A stretch of 64,000 bases of DNA from Candidatus Levyibacteriota bacterium (GCA_963790825.1 CAWBPM010000003.1:56353-120352); one strand, 5' to 3'; shown: positions 39,158 through 50,390, counted from the first letter of the stretch. Notes: a model not told the origin generated them from the sequence alone. A program made the numbers and translations.

Positions 39158-40282
39158 TTGATGAGCTCTATCCTGTTAAAAATTGCTTTATTTACTCTTT
39201 CCTTGATTGTCGTTGTGCTTTTTGTATTCCCTAGAATTACTGTAAGAGGCGCGTCAGCGTCTCATGTGGTAATTTCAGAAGTTCAGCTGGCAACTGCAAC
39301 CTTGTCTACTGATGAATTCGTTGAATTGTATAATCCTACCCTTACCGATGTTAGTTTAAGTGATTGGCATCTCATTAAACGGACTGCGGCAGGAACACCA
39401 AGTATTCTCGTCGCGACAATGTCGGGAACAATCAAATCTCATGGTTATTTTTTGATAGGCTCATCTGACTATAGTGGTACGGTATCTGCCGACATAACCT
39501 ATTCTAATACTGCAAATTCTCTGGCTGATAATAATACAGTAGTTTTAGGCAATAATCAGAACATAATAATCGATGAGGTGGGATTTGGCTCGGCAATTGC
39601 GAGCGAGACGGCAACAACGACAAACCCAGCAGCTGGCAAAAGTAAAGAAAGGAAAGCGAGCAGTAGTTCTACTAAGGACACGATGAAAATTGGCGGAGTG
39701 GATGAATTTACGGGAAATGGTGAAGATACGGATAATAATGCCAGTGATTTTGTTTTACGTGATATTCCTCAACCGCAAAACAGCCACTCAGCTTTAGAAC
39801 CTGTTTTGTTACCTACTCCGACTAACACGCCCTCCCCAACCAACACACCAACACCGACGCCTACGCTTACGCCAACCCCAACGCCATCAAACACCCCGAC
39901 ATCTACTCCTACTGATACTCCGGTTCCGACAAATACACCTAGCCCAACTCCTACCGATACGCCGACCCCGACACCTACTCAGACGCCGACAGAAACTCCA
40001 ACCGAAACTCCTACCAGTACACCCACACCAACCGACACCCCTATACCAACTGAAACGCCAACGCCAACTGATACGCCGTCTCCTACGCCTACGGAATCAA
40101 TAATGCCCGCTTCTACTTTCACACCAACGCCGACCGTACCTCAGGAGACATTAACACCTACACCAACAAAAATGCCTGTTTTTACACCTTTTCACCTTTC
40201 CTGCACCGTTGAATATAAAACGTTTCGCATTTTCCTGGTCACTATACGCTTCCCACTCATTTCTTGCAAAATAATCAGATAA
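39158..40282 (+). CDS. secreted lamin-tail-domain protein with a long Pro/Thr-rich stalk
   Basis: Signal/TM N-terminus, LTD motifs [17 protein letters not shown]...LSDW and DTDNNASDF, about 120 aa of PT repeats. Start could be 39161. Confidence 0.8.
   Translation: MMSSILLKIALFTLSLIVVVLFVFPRITVRGASASHVVISEVQLATATLSTDEFVELYNPTLTDVSLSDWHLIKRTAAGTPSILVATMSGTIKSHGYFLIGSSDYSGTVSADITYSNTANSLADNNTVVLGNNQNIIIDEVGFGSAIASETATTTNPAAGKSKERKASSSSTKDTMKIGGVDEFTGNGEDTDNNASDFVLRDIPQPQNSHSALEPVLLPTPTNTPSPTNTPTPTPTLTPTPTPSNTPTSTPTDTPVPTNTPSPTPTDTPTPTPTQTPTETPTETPTSTPTPTDTPIPTETPTPTDTPSPTPTESIMPASTFTPTPTVPQETLTPTPTKMPVFTPFHLSCTVEYKTFRIFLVTIRFPLISCKIIR
39811..40167 (+). repeat. coding low-complexity Pro-Thr repeat
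   Basis: [18 protein letters not shown]... encoded by degenerate CCN-ACN codons. Confidence 0.8.
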
Positions 40283-40438
40283 ATACTAATATGTTTGCAA
40301 ATAGTTTTTGGGTGTTGACAAGCTACAAAACTGAACTGTAGACTTTAAATAGACTTACGTAATAACCATTTTCACAAGACTCTTCTATGCTTTTTTAACG
40401 GATCTTGTTGCATTACTTAACTAATAATTAGAAGAACT

Positions 40439-41656
40439 ATGTTTTATTTTTCTGAATTACAAGGAAAAAAAGTTATCACGGAAAATAATAAATTCGTCGG
40501 AAAGGTTAAAGATTTTATTTTTCTTGCAAGCGAGTCCCCTCTTATTACCAAAATAGTTGTGCAAAGTACTACAAATAAACGACTTATTATTCCGCTCACC
40601 TTTGTGCAAAAAATAAATCAGGACATAGTACTACAACTTGATTATCAAATCGTCGAGAATGGCAAAGAAAATGAGTTATATATCGTAAGAAATCTTTTGG
40701 ATAAGCAGATTATCGATGTTAAAGGCGGAAAAGTGGTAAGAGTTAATGATGTCGCACTGCAGGATAAGGAAAATAGAGAATATTATATCGCGGGAGTTGA
40801 TGTCGGTTTTCGGGCAGTACTACGCTGGATTCGACTTGAAAAACCCGCATTACCGTTCTACCGGGCGCTTGGTATATACTCTCACCCGCATTTTTTGTCC
40901 TGGGGAGATATTGAACCGCTTGAACTGGCGCTGGGAAAAGTAAAACTGAAAAAAGAGGTAGGAGAATTGGAACGGATGCGCCCTGAGGACTTGGCAGATT
41001 ATCTGGAAAAAACCAATATTCGAAATGTCAACCAAATTGTCAACACGTTAGATGAAGAATTCGCTGCTGATGTTATCGCGGATTTGAATGTTAATTATCA
41101 AACGTCACTTTTCCGTCGCTTCGCCTCTGAAAAAGGCGCAAAACTGGTAGAGCATCTTGATCCTGACGAAGCCGTAGATATTTTATTAACACTTGCCAAA
41201 GAAAAAAGGGAGGAAATCCTGAGTCTCATTTCGCCGGATCAGAAAAAGGAATTAAAAGAACTTATGCACTACGCTAAAACCCCGATCGGAGAACTTATTG
41301 ATCCGGAATTTATTACTATCTCTGCCGAAGATACTATCGGAAGTGCCCTTGAAAAAGTGAAAAGCACAATCACCGATTCTCATTTTTCAGCTTATCTTTA
41401 TGTCATAAATAATAAAAATGAATTGGTCGGAGTACTGGATTTATATAAGTTAATCTTACAAACCCCAGATACTCAAGTTCATAACGTAATGGAGCAAAAT
41501 GTCGTTGTGATCCACTTAACCACGCCAAAAGAAATTGCGACAAAAAAGATGCTTCGTTATAAATTATACGCGCTTCCTGTTATCAATGAAAATAAAAAAA
41601 TGCTTGGTATTGTTTCTTACGACGAATTGGTTGAGGACGTCTTAAAGAAATTATGA
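40439..41656 (+). CDS. PRC-barrel / MgtE intracellular N-domain / CBS protein
   Basis: Two PRC-like segments (ELQGKKVI, LLDKQIIDVKGGKVVRVNDV), MgtE_N motifs PEDLADYLE and DPDEAVDIL, C-terminal CBS pair; no TM domain. Confidence 0.82.
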   Translation: MFYFSELQGKKVITENNKFVGKVKDFIFLASESPLITKIVVQSTTNKRLIIPLTFVQKINQDIVLQLDYQIVENGKENELYIVRNLLDKQIIDVKGGKVVRVNDVALQDKENREYYIAGVDVGFRAVLRWIRLEKPALPFYRALGIYSHPHFLSWGDIEPLELALGKVKLKKEVGELERMRPEDLADYLEKTNIRNVNQIVNTLDEEFAADVIADLNVNYQTSLFRRFASEKGAKLVEHLDPDEAVDILLTLAKEKREEILSLISPDQKKELKELMHYAKTPIGELIDPEFITISAEDTIGSALEKVKSTITDSHFSAYLYVINNKNELVGVLDLYKLILQTPDTQVHNVMEQNVVVIHLTTPKEIATKKMLRYKLYALPVINENKKMLGIVSYDELVEDVLKKL

Positions 41657-42894
41657 GACTTTTTAAAAACTTAAGAATTAAATTATTCATTATGCTGGCA
41701 GTTATCGGACCCGGTCTTATTACTGCTTTTGCTGATAATGATGCCGGTGGTGTCGCAACTTATTCTGTATCTGCCTCCAGGTTTGGCTATAGCATGCTAA
41801 CCACCCTCATTCCTATTACTATAGTACTTTTTATCACCCAAGAAATTGGTGCCCGCCTGGCTGTAGTTACAGGAAAGGGACTCGGGGATTTGATCCGGGA
41901 ACGTTTCGGAATACGAATGTCACTTCTGATATTTGGTTTGTTATTTTTTGTTAATTTTGGAGTCATTATTCAAGATATGGGAGGACTCAAAGACGGACTT
42001 GGTTTATTTCATCTCAATATGTATCTTTTCCTGCCAATTCTTATCGCTTTTTTATTTTTCTTCATTACGAAAGCATCATATGCAAAAGTGGAAAAGTTCT
42101 TTCTATTTTTAATTTTTTTCTATCTTGCTTATTTTATCTCTGCAATTCTTGCGAAGCCTGATTGGGGACTTGTAGCGAAAGCGCTCGTTGTTCCGCAAGG
42201 AAAAATTTCATTTGGCTATCTTTATACGGCAATTGCGGTACTCGGAACTACGGTTACCGCATGGGGACAATTTTTTATTAACAGTTACGTTAAAGATAAA
42301 AAAATCACGGTTGATAAATTGAAATATAACCGCTGGGAGATTTATTTTGGAGCATTTTTAACTGACCTTTTTTCTCTTTTTATGATGGTAGCCGTTATCG
42401 CAACGATTTGGGCTCATGGTATTAGAATTGGCGGAGCGGCAGATGCCTCGATTGCGATCAGACCGTTCGCCGGAGATTTGGCAGGCGTGATGTTTGGTGC
42501 AGGATTACTAGTTGCCGGGTTTATCGGTGTTGCAATTGTACCACTGGCAACTTCGTATGCGTTTTCAGAGTTTTTCGGGTATGAGGGAAGTTTAGATACC
42601 AACTACAACAAAAGCAGATTATTCTATGGGTTTTTTATTCTCCAGGTGGCACTTGGCATGATCCTGATCTTATTTCCACAAATTTCACTTTTCAAAATAA
42701 CCTTATTTGCAGATTTCTTAAACGGTATTTTCCTGCCGATAATTTTCTTTTTTCTCTATAAATTTGCCAATAGCGAAGACTTAATGGGTAAATATAGAAA
42801 TAACAGGCTGCAAAATATTTTACTGGTTGGATCGGGAATCATTATAACTGCCGCGGCCTTAGTCGGCGGGTTTGGCGAAGTATTCGGACTTTAA
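41653..42894 (+). CDS. NRAMP-family divalent metal transporter (Mg-type NRAMP-related)
   Basis: GPGLITAFADNDAGGVATYS, QEIGARLAVVTGKGL, GTTVTAW; 4-nt overlap with the MgtE_N gene. Confidence 0.88.
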   Translation: MRLFKNLRIKLFIMLAVIGPGLITAFADNDAGGVATYSVSASRFGYSMLTTLIPITIVLFITQEIGARLAVVTGKGLGDLIRERFGIRMSLLIFGLLFFVNFGVIIQDMGGLKDGLGLFHLNMYLFLPILIAFLFFFITKASYAKVEKFFLFLIFFYLAYFISAILAKPDWGLVAKALVVPQGKISFGYLYTAIAVLGTTVTAWGQFFINSYVKDKKITVDKLKYNRWEIYFGAFLTDLFSLFMMVAVIATIWAHGIRIGGAADASIAIRPFAGDLAGVMFGAGLLVAGFIGVAIVPLATSYAFSEFFGYEGSLDTNYNKSRLFYGFFILQVALGMILILFPQISLFKITLFADFLNGIFLPIIFFFLYKFANSEDLMGKYRNNRLQNILLVGSGIIITAAALVGGFGEVFGL

Positions 42895-43337
42895 CTTTTT
42901 GAGTTTCTTACTTTATCCAGTGTCTGCTGCATTGCAACAGGATTATCGATAAAAGATAAGCGAGTTTCCGGAGCATGGGTACCTGCCGTATTGACAACAA
43001 GTGTCCCCCATCCGCCCATCTGGTCAAGAGCGTTTTGTTCTACTTCTATATCGGTAATTTGATTATAATCAATACTGGTAATACTTTTTCCTAAAAAAGA
43101 GTCCACGAGAATTACTCTGGAATTCGTAAATGCGAAATGTTTGGCAGTTTTAAGGTACCACGAGTAAAGATAGGCAAGGATAAAAATAAATAGTCCCGGA
43201 TATAGACTGTTAATGCCTACGATAAAACCGACAATGACAATAGCTACAGTGGTAATTAACCGGTAACGCGGACTTATACCAAACTCCGTTTGCACGGTTT
43301 CATTCGCTGCGAGAATAGATTGCCAATTGTAAAGCAT
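42891..43337 (-). CDS. membrane protein with a bacterial PH domain (bPH_2-like)
   Basis: Two TM helices, then FAFTNSRVI..IDYNQITDIEVEQ..GWGTLVVNTAG. Confidence 0.75.
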   Translation of the reverse strand: MLYNWQSILAANETVQTEFGISPRYRLITTVAIVIVGFIVGINSLYPGLFIFILAYLYSWYLKTAKHFAFTNSRVILVDSFLGKSITSIDYNQITDIEVEQNALDQMGGWGTLVVNTAGTHAPETRLSFIDNPVAMQQTLDKVRNSKS

Positions 43338-43367
43338 AGGAGCTATTTTTACTATACCACAAGTAGG

Positions 43368-43970
43368 TTATTTAAGTCGAGTGAAGCGAAGCTGTAATTT
43401 CCCAATAGTATAGGGTCTCTCGGGAATAAATACATATGTTTTTAAGTCTCTCTCTATACCCCGTCTCTCTGTCCAATTACTATCAAATGTCAGAAAGCTT
43501 TCATTAAGCTCTTCGTCTTTTAGAAATTGTGTTTCAAATACTGATCTATTCCCCAGCAGCCGCGCCTGTAATACATAATTAATCTCCCTAGATTTATCAA
43601 CCCGCTTAGGTTTAACCTGTAGATATTCCAAAGGAATACTCGCTCCGAAATTAACAAAGAGCGATTCATACTCCTCTTCTTTACGAATAAGATCATAATG
43701 CGAAGAGATATTGAAGTATTCAATTGTTTGCGGAGTCAAAATTACTCCTGTCTTAGGAATATCTGCTGATTTTTTGTCGAATACTTCTAAATTACGATGT
43801 AAGCTTATGTTAACCAAACCAATTCCCGGGATCGGAACCCTTGTAACTTTCCCCCGATATTCAGGATCATTATGCTCATAGGGAACGTTTCTTAAGTTAG
43901 GACAGGGAGTAAACCACTGACCTACATACGCTTCCGTTTCAGATGGAGTTCTATAATCTTTTTCCGGCAT
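43368..43970 (-). CDS. hypothetical protein
   Basis: 200-aa ORF filling the gap, with an upstream TATAAT; no family recognised. Confidence 0.6.
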   Translation of the reverse strand: MPEKDYRTPSETEAYVGQWFTPCPNLRNVPYEHNDPEYRGKVTRVPIPGIGLVNISLHRNLEVFDKKSADIPKTGVILTPQTIEYFNISSHYDLIRKEEEYESLFVNFGASIPLEYLQVKPKRVDKSREINYVLQARLLGNRSVFETQFLKDEELNESFLTFDSNWTERRGIERDLKTYVFIPERPYTIGKLQLRFTRLK

Positions 43971-44029
43971 AGTTATTTAATATCCGGGATTATACACTAT
44001 TTTATGCTAAAAATGCCAATAAGCTCCTC

Positions 44030-44878
44030 TTATAGTTGTGCCAGAACTACACCAACTGCGGCAATTGTGGCTGCGATGAGTTTAATTTTCATATGATCAC
44101 GTTCTTTTAAAAAAGTCACTCCTACCAAAGCAAGGAGAATCGACGAAGCAGCGTATATGGAAAGTGTTTCGGGTATTCTGTTGTATGCCAAGGCTTTCAG
44201 GAGAGAAAAAACTGCTATATTGATAATTACCGCGCTTAGGGCAATTGTTTGCCAATGTTTTTTTAATTCATATTTCATTTCTCTAATTTTCGGTCTGAGA
44301 AAGATAAATTGATTAAGTAACGCGGGTAAAAAGAAACTCAACGCGATAAAGACCACGATTGAAAAGTGATTAATTATTTTTCCTTCTATTGCGATTGCGA
44401 TACCGGTAAAAATTGTATAAAGAACTGCATAGGTAACTCCTTTTAGGGCTGATTTTTTTTGTTTATGCAGATTGATCAGTACGGTCGCAAGCAGCACTAA
44501 TAATAATCCGTAGATCGTTGTTGTACGTATGGCGGATTTAAAAAAATATACGCTGAAAATAACCGCAATGAGATTCATTAAGGGAAAAATACTGGCCAGC
44601 TGGCTTTCTTCTTCGTATTTATAAGCCTTAAACATTAGTGCGTCCGAAACGGCCAAAAATATAATGGCGATCCCGACCAGAACCAGCGTATCCGAGTCCA
44701 GCTGAAAACGTAGTTTATCAAAAGGTAAAAACAGTATGGCCATAAATCCACCCATAATTTCCCACAACACCGTGTAAGCAAAAATATATTTGGTCCTAAG
44801 AAGCGATACCCGTGACAGTGTATCGAAGATTGTGATTGAAAAAAGCGCGGCAAAATTAAACAGATAAAACAAGCTCAT
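44030..44878 (-). CDS. DMT/EamA-family transporter
   Basis: 282 aa with about 10 TM helices in two repeats; C-terminal GVTFLKER..KLIAA.IAAVGV. Confidence 0.8.
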   Translation of the reverse strand: MSLFYLFNFAALFSITIFDTLSRVSLLRTKYIFAYTVLWEIMGGFMAILFLPFDKLRFQLDSDTLVLVGIAIIFLAVSDALMFKAYKYEEESQLASIFPLMNLIAVIFSVYFFKSAIRTTTIYGLLLVLLATVLINLHKQKKSALKGVTYAVLYTIFTGIAIAIEGKIINHFSIVVFIALSFFLPALLNQFIFLRPKIREMKYELKKHWQTIALSAVIINIAVFSLLKALAYNRIPETLSIYAASSILLALVGVTFLKERDHMKIKLIAATIAAVGVVLAQL

Positions 44879-45153
44879 TAAGAAAAGTATAACACCTACA
44901 AATAACTTCTTGCATAATTCTTATGTTCTTATTATATTTATATCAAATGCTGATTGTTTACGTTACTCTATATTCGTTATGTACAGAAAGTGTGAATAAT
45001 AATAGAGACAATGAGCTACTAAAAGAGACATCCTAAAATCAAGGCATAAGCATTTTAGAAACATTTATTGTTGCTAAGTCGCATTTAGTAACGCCTATTT
45101 CTCCTTGACAAAGCTGCTGTGTATATTTATATAATGAAATTACACTCTCAATT

Positions 45154-45906
45154 ATGGAATCAACTGAACAGGAGTTAATGTCTATAGGTAAGACTATCGA
45201 TAATGCCAAAAATGATTCATCAGTACCAGCTGAAGTAAATTCACCTATGGTTTCTGTTGCTTTCAGTAGCATGTTTACTTTAGTAACAACATTCTTTACA
45301 GGTATTCTTATCAATAACGATAATTATTTCTCATATCTTAAACAATGTAAATGTGATCCTCTATCAATAGATATGCCAATATTGCTAATGATAATAAGTA
45401 CTTTTGGATTTCTTTATGCAACATTAATTTATGCTAATATAAATGGTCTTCTCATAAAACATGAGAAGAGAAGGGCATTAAGAGGTGCAACTTTAGGAAA
45501 TATCTTATCAGAGTATTTTGGAGTTTACCTGGTTATTCTGTCTATACCATTGATTATTAGTATTGTTTCTAATAATCCATTGTTAAATATAGTAACCATT
45601 ATTGTTAATTCATTTGGGTTAGTTATTTATCATCTTTCTGGTTTTTCGCTTATGAGCAGGCATTTTGGAGAGATAGAACATTTTATTTATGTTGTAATAA
45701 TTATTGTATTTGAGTTAGCGTTATTTTCCGAACAACATTTAGTCATGACTTCTAATACTTTAAGTAAGATAAGTATAAATTTAATTTACTTTAGTACAAC
45801 TATAGATTTATCTCTTTTTGCTCTAACTACATGCCTGTCAATAGCATTTATAAGTTATCTTGCATTTAAGGCATATATTGATAATGAGAAAAAGCCATAT
45901 AACTAA
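45154..45906 (+). CDS. hypothetical multi-pass membrane protein
   Basis: 250 aa with about 6 hydrophobic segments; TTGACA and TATAAT upstream; very AT-rich codons. Confidence 0.65.
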   Translation: MESTEQELMSIGKTIDNAKNDSSVPAEVNSPMVSVAFSSMFTLVTTFFTGILINNDNYFSYLKQCKCDPLSIDMPILLMIISTFGFLYATLIYANINGLLIKHEKRRALRGATLGNILSEYFGVYLVILSIPLIISIVSNNPLLNIVTIIVNSFGLVIYHLSGFSLMSRHFGEIEHFIYVVIIIVFELALFSEQHLVMTSNTLSKISINLIYFSTTIDLSLFALTTCLSIAFISYLAFKAYIDNEKKPYN

Positions 45907-45968
45907 GCTTATTCTTTTCCAACACTCACCTTGCACATTTTAACCTTTGCTGAATGATTTTAATGAGT

Positions 45969-46520
45969 CTATTTTTCAATGGTTGGTATTAACTTGACAT
46001 TTTTTTTTACAGATTGCAAGGTATATATCTTGTTATGAGCATTCAAGCTTTTTTCGAGCCATAACCTATTAACATTCGGATAGTTCTCTCCGAAATAATT
46101 GATTTTATAATCTATGACTTTATATCCCAGCTTAAAAAAAATATAGAGACTATTATAATTAAATGGATCTGTTGTTGCGTTTATTTGAGTGATAGAGTCA
46201 TGTTTATGTGCAATTTCTTCGACATAATTTAGCAATGAAGTTCCCAAACCTTTTTTGCGATGATCTAAGTGTACTACTATACTGTCAATATAAATACTAC
46301 TTTTTTTAAGCTCAAACCAAATATAGGCAATGAGTTTGTCTTCTATGAAAAAGCCTCGAAAAACATTTCCTTTATTGTAAGCAGCTTGAACTTCTGTTAA
46401 GGACAAATGTGGGGGGGGATTTAAGGGTGGTGTATCATTTTTTTGAAACATTCCAATCTCATCTAGGTCTATGAGTTGTTTTAAATCATTATAATTAAGT
46501 GTTCTTGTTTGATAAGGCAT
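45969..46520 (-). CDS. GNAT-family N-acetyltransferase
   Basis: Motif A IDSIVVHLDHRKKGLGTSLL and N..SLYIFFKLGY. Confidence 0.85.
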   Translation of the reverse strand: MPYQTRTLNYNDLKQLIDLDEIGMFQKNDTPPLNPPPHLSLTEVQAAYNKGNVFRGFFIEDKLIAYIWFELKKSSIYIDSIVVHLDHRKKGLGTSLLNYVEEIAHKHDSITQINATTDPFNYNSLYIFFKLGYKVIDYKINYFGENYPNVNRLWLEKSLNAHNKIYTLQSVKKNVKLIPTIEK

Positions 46521-46537
46521 ATAATTAAAGTGACAAT

Positions 46538-47245
46538 TTAAGAAATAAAGGCTTTTTCTAGTGTTGCATCAGCTAATATTTTTATTGAATCAAAGAGTTG
46601 ACTGGATATCTCTTCTTTTTTAATTGCTACTGGCAATTCAGTACAACCAAGAATTATTCCGTCAACTCCGTCTTTCTCCATCTCCCTGACTTGTTTAAGC
46701 AGTTTTTCTTTATGTCCATCAGGATTTTTACCTCCCATAATATTAAGAATGAGATCTGTACACGTTGTAATCAAATCTTCATTAGGTGAATAGCACAGTA
46801 TATTCACTTTTTGAAAATGAGTATAATACAAATTTTTTTCATATGCTATTTTTGAAGAAAGGATTGCAACGTATTTTCGTTGATCTTTTATTACGCGTGC
46901 AACTACCTCTTGAATAAGGTTAATAATCGGAACGTTTACTTCTGATTGTAGTTTTTCAATATGCCCATGAGCGGAGTTGCACGGTATGACAATAATTTGA
47001 GCACCTGCATTTTCAAGCATTTTTATGCCACGTTTTAGCTGTTTTAAAATAACATCATCGTTAGTATCTACGCCATATTCCGTTGTACCGACAACAGGTA
47101 AGGAGTTAATAATAATATGAGGAAAATCCGCATCTTGCACGGCGGAATACTTTTTTTGGGCGACAGTAAGTAACACTTGATAAAAGTGTGCTGTAGCCAC
47201 AGGACCTATACCTCCTAAGACTCCAATGGTCTTAAATCTCTTCAT
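46538..47245 (-). CDS. aspartate/glutamate racemase family (PLP-independent amino-acid racemase)
   Basis: IGVLGGIGP.AT; two catalytic Cys in IPCNSAH and ILGCTELP. Confidence 0.9.
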   Translation of the reverse strand: MKRFKTIGVLGGIGPVATAHFYQVLLTVAQKKYSAVQDADFPHIIINSLPVVGTTEYGVDTNDDVILKQLKRGIKMLENAGAQIIVIPCNSAHGHIEKLQSEVNVPIINLIQEVVARVIKDQRKYVAILSSKIAYEKNLYYTHFQKVNILCYSPNEDLITTCTDLILNIMGGKNPDGHKEKLLKQVREMEKDGVDGIILGCTELPVAIKKEEISSQLFDSIKILADATLEKAFIS

Positions 47246-47471
47246 AAGATTGTTGACCTATAGTCTATAGTGTGTCTGATTAAAAGTCAAGCCTAGTAAA
47301 TTTTATTCTTTCTTTAGTTATACAGGTATAAAGATGGAAAAGCAAGTAATTTTTTATTCAAGTTATCTGTCTTAATGGAAAAAGTGAAGAAAAATATCCT
47401 AATCATTTTGAACCCTATATGTACCGAAACAACTATTACTGTTTAATAAATATATTTGGGGAATAAAGTGT

Positions 47472-47939
47472 TTATATTTCTTCTATTTCTATTTTTACAA
47501 TGTTATACTTAATTTTCCCTGCCGGGGCTATGGTTTCAATCTGATCGCCCACTTTTTTTCCTACTAATTCACTTCCTAATGGAGAAATATATGATATTTT
47601 TCCCTTTGCCGGATTTGCCTCGAAGTTTCCGACAATGGTATATTTATATGTTCTATCTTCATTTTGCAGCGTAATAAGACAACCAATACTTACAGTCTTA
47701 TTATTCATCGGTACAATAACAACTCCGTAAGAAAGAAGCATTTTTAATCTCCGCAGGTTACTGTCAATTCCCGACAATTTCCAACGTGCGGCTTTATAAT
47801 AACCGTTTTCGCTCAGGTCCCCCATTTCGCGGGCTTTTTTCAAATCTAAAACTGCCGCCGGACGATTTTTATGAAGCGTTTCATATTCGTCTTTAACAGC
47901 ATTGTAGCCCAAAGGTGTAAATGGGATTCTTTTTGTCAT
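47472..47939 (-). CDS. greA: transcription elongation factor GreA/GreB family
   Basis: AREMGDLSENGYY, YTIVG..EANP..GKISYISPLG. Start reassigned to ATG 47939, 4 nt after the lon stop. Confidence 0.85.
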   Translation of the reverse strand: MTKRIPFTPLGYNAVKDEYETLHKNRPAAVLDLKKAREMGDLSENGYYKAARWKLSGIDSNLRRLKMLLSYGVVIVPMNNKTVSIGCLITLQNEDRTYKYTIVGNFEANPAKGKISYISPLGSELVGKKVGDQIETIAPAGKIKYNIVKIEIEEI

Positions 47940-47943
47940 GTGA

Positions 47944-50331
47944 TTAGTCCGCTTTATATGGCTGGGGTGCGTGAACCATGGGACGTACGTGTGGCGTTCC
48001 TTCTTTTTCACTTCTCTTATGCATTCTCTTTGCTAATGGTTTGGCGAGTGCAATTTGCAAAACTTCATCCATATGCGATACCGGTTTGAAAGTTAAATCA
48101 CGTTTTACTTCAGACGGAATATCTTCCAAATCTTTCTCGTTGTCTTTGGGAATAATTATAGTTTTTAGTCCCGCCCGATGCGCAGCGATAACTTTTTCCT
48201 TGAGTCCCCCGATTTCCAAAACCCGTCCGCGAAGCGTTACCTCCCCGGTCATACCGACTTTTCGCTTCACCGGAATTTTTGTCAGAGCCGAAACAATCGC
48301 AGTCGTAATCGCTATACCTGCCGAGGGACCGTCTTTCGGTACAGCACCTTCCGGTACATGTACATGCACATCATATTTAGCATAGAATTTATCCGGCAAA
48401 CCCAGTTCTTCCCCACGGGTTCTGATGTAAGACATGGCAGCCTGCGCCGACTCTTTCATCACATCTCCCAGTTGTCCGGTAAGCATCAGATTGCCTTTTC
48501 CCGGCATCAGCGCTACTTCGATAAACAGAATTTCTCCTCCTGCTTCGGTCCAGGCAAGACCGGTTGACATGCCGATTTCATTTTTCTTCTCGATATTTGT
48601 GGCACTAAATTTGATTGTGCCCAAGTATTTAGGAATATCTACTCCTTTAATGACAATCTTTTTCTTGTGGCCTTCTGCAACACGCTTTGCTACTTTTCTA
48701 AACACGGCTGCAATTTTTCTCTCCAAGCCCCTCACGCCTGCTTCACGGGTATAATGCTGAATAATAAACTGGATCGCTTCGTCGGTTAATTGTACTCTCC
48801 TGGTGTTCAGTCCGTTCGCCTCAAGCTGTTTTTCTAAAAGAAAATTCTTGGCAATTTTAAATTTCTCATCATGTGTATAGCCTGCAAATTGGATAATTTC
48901 AAGTCTGTCCCTAAGCGCCGGCGGAATAGTATCAAGCACATTAGCAGTCGTCACAAACATCACATCAGACAGATCAAACGGCACCTCTAAGTAGTGATCC
49001 GAAAATTGCGAATTTTGTTCCGGATCCAATGCCTCGAGAAGCGCACTGGACGGATCACCTCTAAAGTCTGCGCCTACTTTATCAATCTCATCAAGCATAA
49101 AGACCGGATTTTTCGTACCCGCATCTTTAATGCCTTGAATTATCCGTCCCGGTAATGCACCGACATAGGTTCTCCTGTGTCCTCTGATTTCCGCTTCATC
49201 CCGTATGCCACCGAGTGAAACCCGAGCGAATTTACGGTTAAGCGCACGGGCTATAGACTTACCGATTGAAGTTTTCCCAACGCCCGGAGGACCGACGAAA
49301 CAAAGAATAGGTCCTCTGATTTTCCCTGCCAGTTTATGTACAGCCAAGTATTCCGTAATTCGCTCTTTGGCTTTATTTAGGCCATAATGATCCTGGTCAA
49401 GAATTTTTTCAGCTGCTTTAATATCGGAATCGCTTTTACTTTCAATACTCCAAGGAACGCTGACCAGCCAATCAATGTAATTTCTGATATAACCTGCTTC
49501 GGGATTAAATTGATTCATGCCTTCCAATTTCTTTAATTCTTTTATCGTTTTCTCTTCTACTTCCTCAGGCATTTTTGCTTCTTTGATCTTCATTCTAAGG
49601 TCGTTATATTCACTTTTTTCGTCTTCTCCCAATTCTTTCTCAATGGTTTTTAACCGCTCTCTCAACATTGCTTCTCTGGCACCTTTTTCAAAACGCTCCT
49701 GTGTTTTGGAAGCAATTCTTCTTTCAAGTTCCAATACTTTAATCTCTTTTGCCAGAAGATCTGTGAGTTTTCGCAGACGTTCTTTTACATTTACCATCTC
49801 CAGAAGTTCCTGCCTCTCCTGTGGTTTAAGATCAAGTGCACTAGCGATCAAATCTGAAAGTTCCGAAGGGGAATTTTCGGACATAATATTCATAAAGACT
49901 AAAAAGTCGGCGGACTTGCCGAAATTCATAGCTCTGCGGAATTCATTCGTCAAATGATTACAAAGCGCTTCGATCTCCGGACTATTTTCAATAACATCCG
50001 GTACTTCCGTAACCTTCGCTACCAGGAAGGAATCATGTTTTTCAAAGCCCAAAATCTTTACCCGGGAAACACCCCGAACTTGCGCGTTAATTTCGCCGTC
50101 AGTCCGAATCATCCGCTCTATACGGGAAAGTGTCCCAACAGAATAGAGATCCATAGTGGTAGGATCATTCAATCTGGCGTTTTTCTGCAGAACGAAACAA
50201 ACAATCCTTTCATGTTGAAATGATGATTCAAGGGCTGCAAGACTTTTCGGCCTGCCAAAAGTAAGAACCGAGTCTGTATTTGGGAAAATAATGCCGTCTC
50301 GAATTGGAATAACTGGTACAATTTTATCCAT
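47944..50331 (-). CDS. lon: ATP-dependent protease La
   Basis: Lon N-domain, Walker [20 protein letters not shown], Walker B LDEIDK, catalytic PKDGPSAG and IGGLKEK. Confidence 0.97.
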   Translation of the reverse strand: MDKIVPVIPIRDGIIFPNTDSVLTFGRPKSLAALESSFQHERIVCFVLQKNARLNDPTTMDLYSVGTLSRIERMIRTDGEINAQVRGVSRVKILGFEKHDSFLVAKVTEVPDVIENSPEIEALCNHLTNEFRRAMNFGKSADFLVFMNIMSENSPSELSDLIASALDLKPQERQELLEMVNVKERLRKLTDLLAKEIKVLELERRIASKTQERFEKGAREAMLRERLKTIEKELGEDEKSEYNDLRMKIKEAKMPEEVEEKTIKELKKLEGMNQFNPEAGYIRNYIDWLVSVPWSIESKSDSDIKAAEKILDQDHYGLNKAKERITEYLAVHKLAGKIRGPILCFVGPPGVGKTSIGKSIARALNRKFARVSLGGIRDEAEIRGHRRTYVGALPGRIIQGIKDAGTKNPVFMLDEIDKVGADFRGDPSSALLEALDPEQNSQFSDHYLEVPFDLSDVMFVTTANVLDTIPPALRDRLEIIQFAGYTHDEKFKIAKNFLLEKQLEANGLNTRRVQLTDEAIQFIIQHYTREAGVRGLERKIAAVFRKVAKRVAEGHKKKIVIKGVDIPKYLGTIKFSATNIEKKNEIGMSTGLAWTEAGGEILFIEVALMPGKGNLMLTGQLGDVMKESAQAAMSYIRTRGEELGLPDKFYAKYDVHVHVPEGAVPKDGPSAGIAITTAIVSALTKIPVKRKVGMTGEVTLRGRVLEIGGLKEKVIAAHRAGLKTIIIPKDNEKDLEDIPSEVKRDLTFKPVSHMDEVLQIALAKPLAKRMHKRSEKEGTPHVRPMVHAPQPYKAD

Positions 50332-50356
50332 AGAAACTTAGGGTTTTGAATTCGTA

Positions 50357-50390
50357 TTAGCAATATACTCTAACAATTGCTAAATGTCAA
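50357..50390 (-). promoter_or_regulatory. lon promoter overlapped by a CIRCE-like inverted repeat
   Basis: TTGACA-17-TATATT. On the minus strand, TTAGCAATT-N9-TATTGCTAA (50383-50357) versus the CIRCE consensus TTAGCACTC-N9-GAGTGCTAA. Confidence 0.7.

Noticed and set aside
39811-40167. Pro-Thr region as a DNA-level tandem repeat or hypervariable cassette
   Set aside because: Third codon positions are scrambled, consistent with a protein-level linker. No template/variable repeat pair or reverse transcriptase was seen.
40340-40438. M-box or yybP-ykoY riboswitch
   Set aside because: The leader is short and no conserved motif of either class was recognised.
47871-50363. Long antisense ORFs over lon, and similar short overlapping ORFs across the window
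   Set aside because: They overlap well-supported genes and have no motifs or initiation signals.
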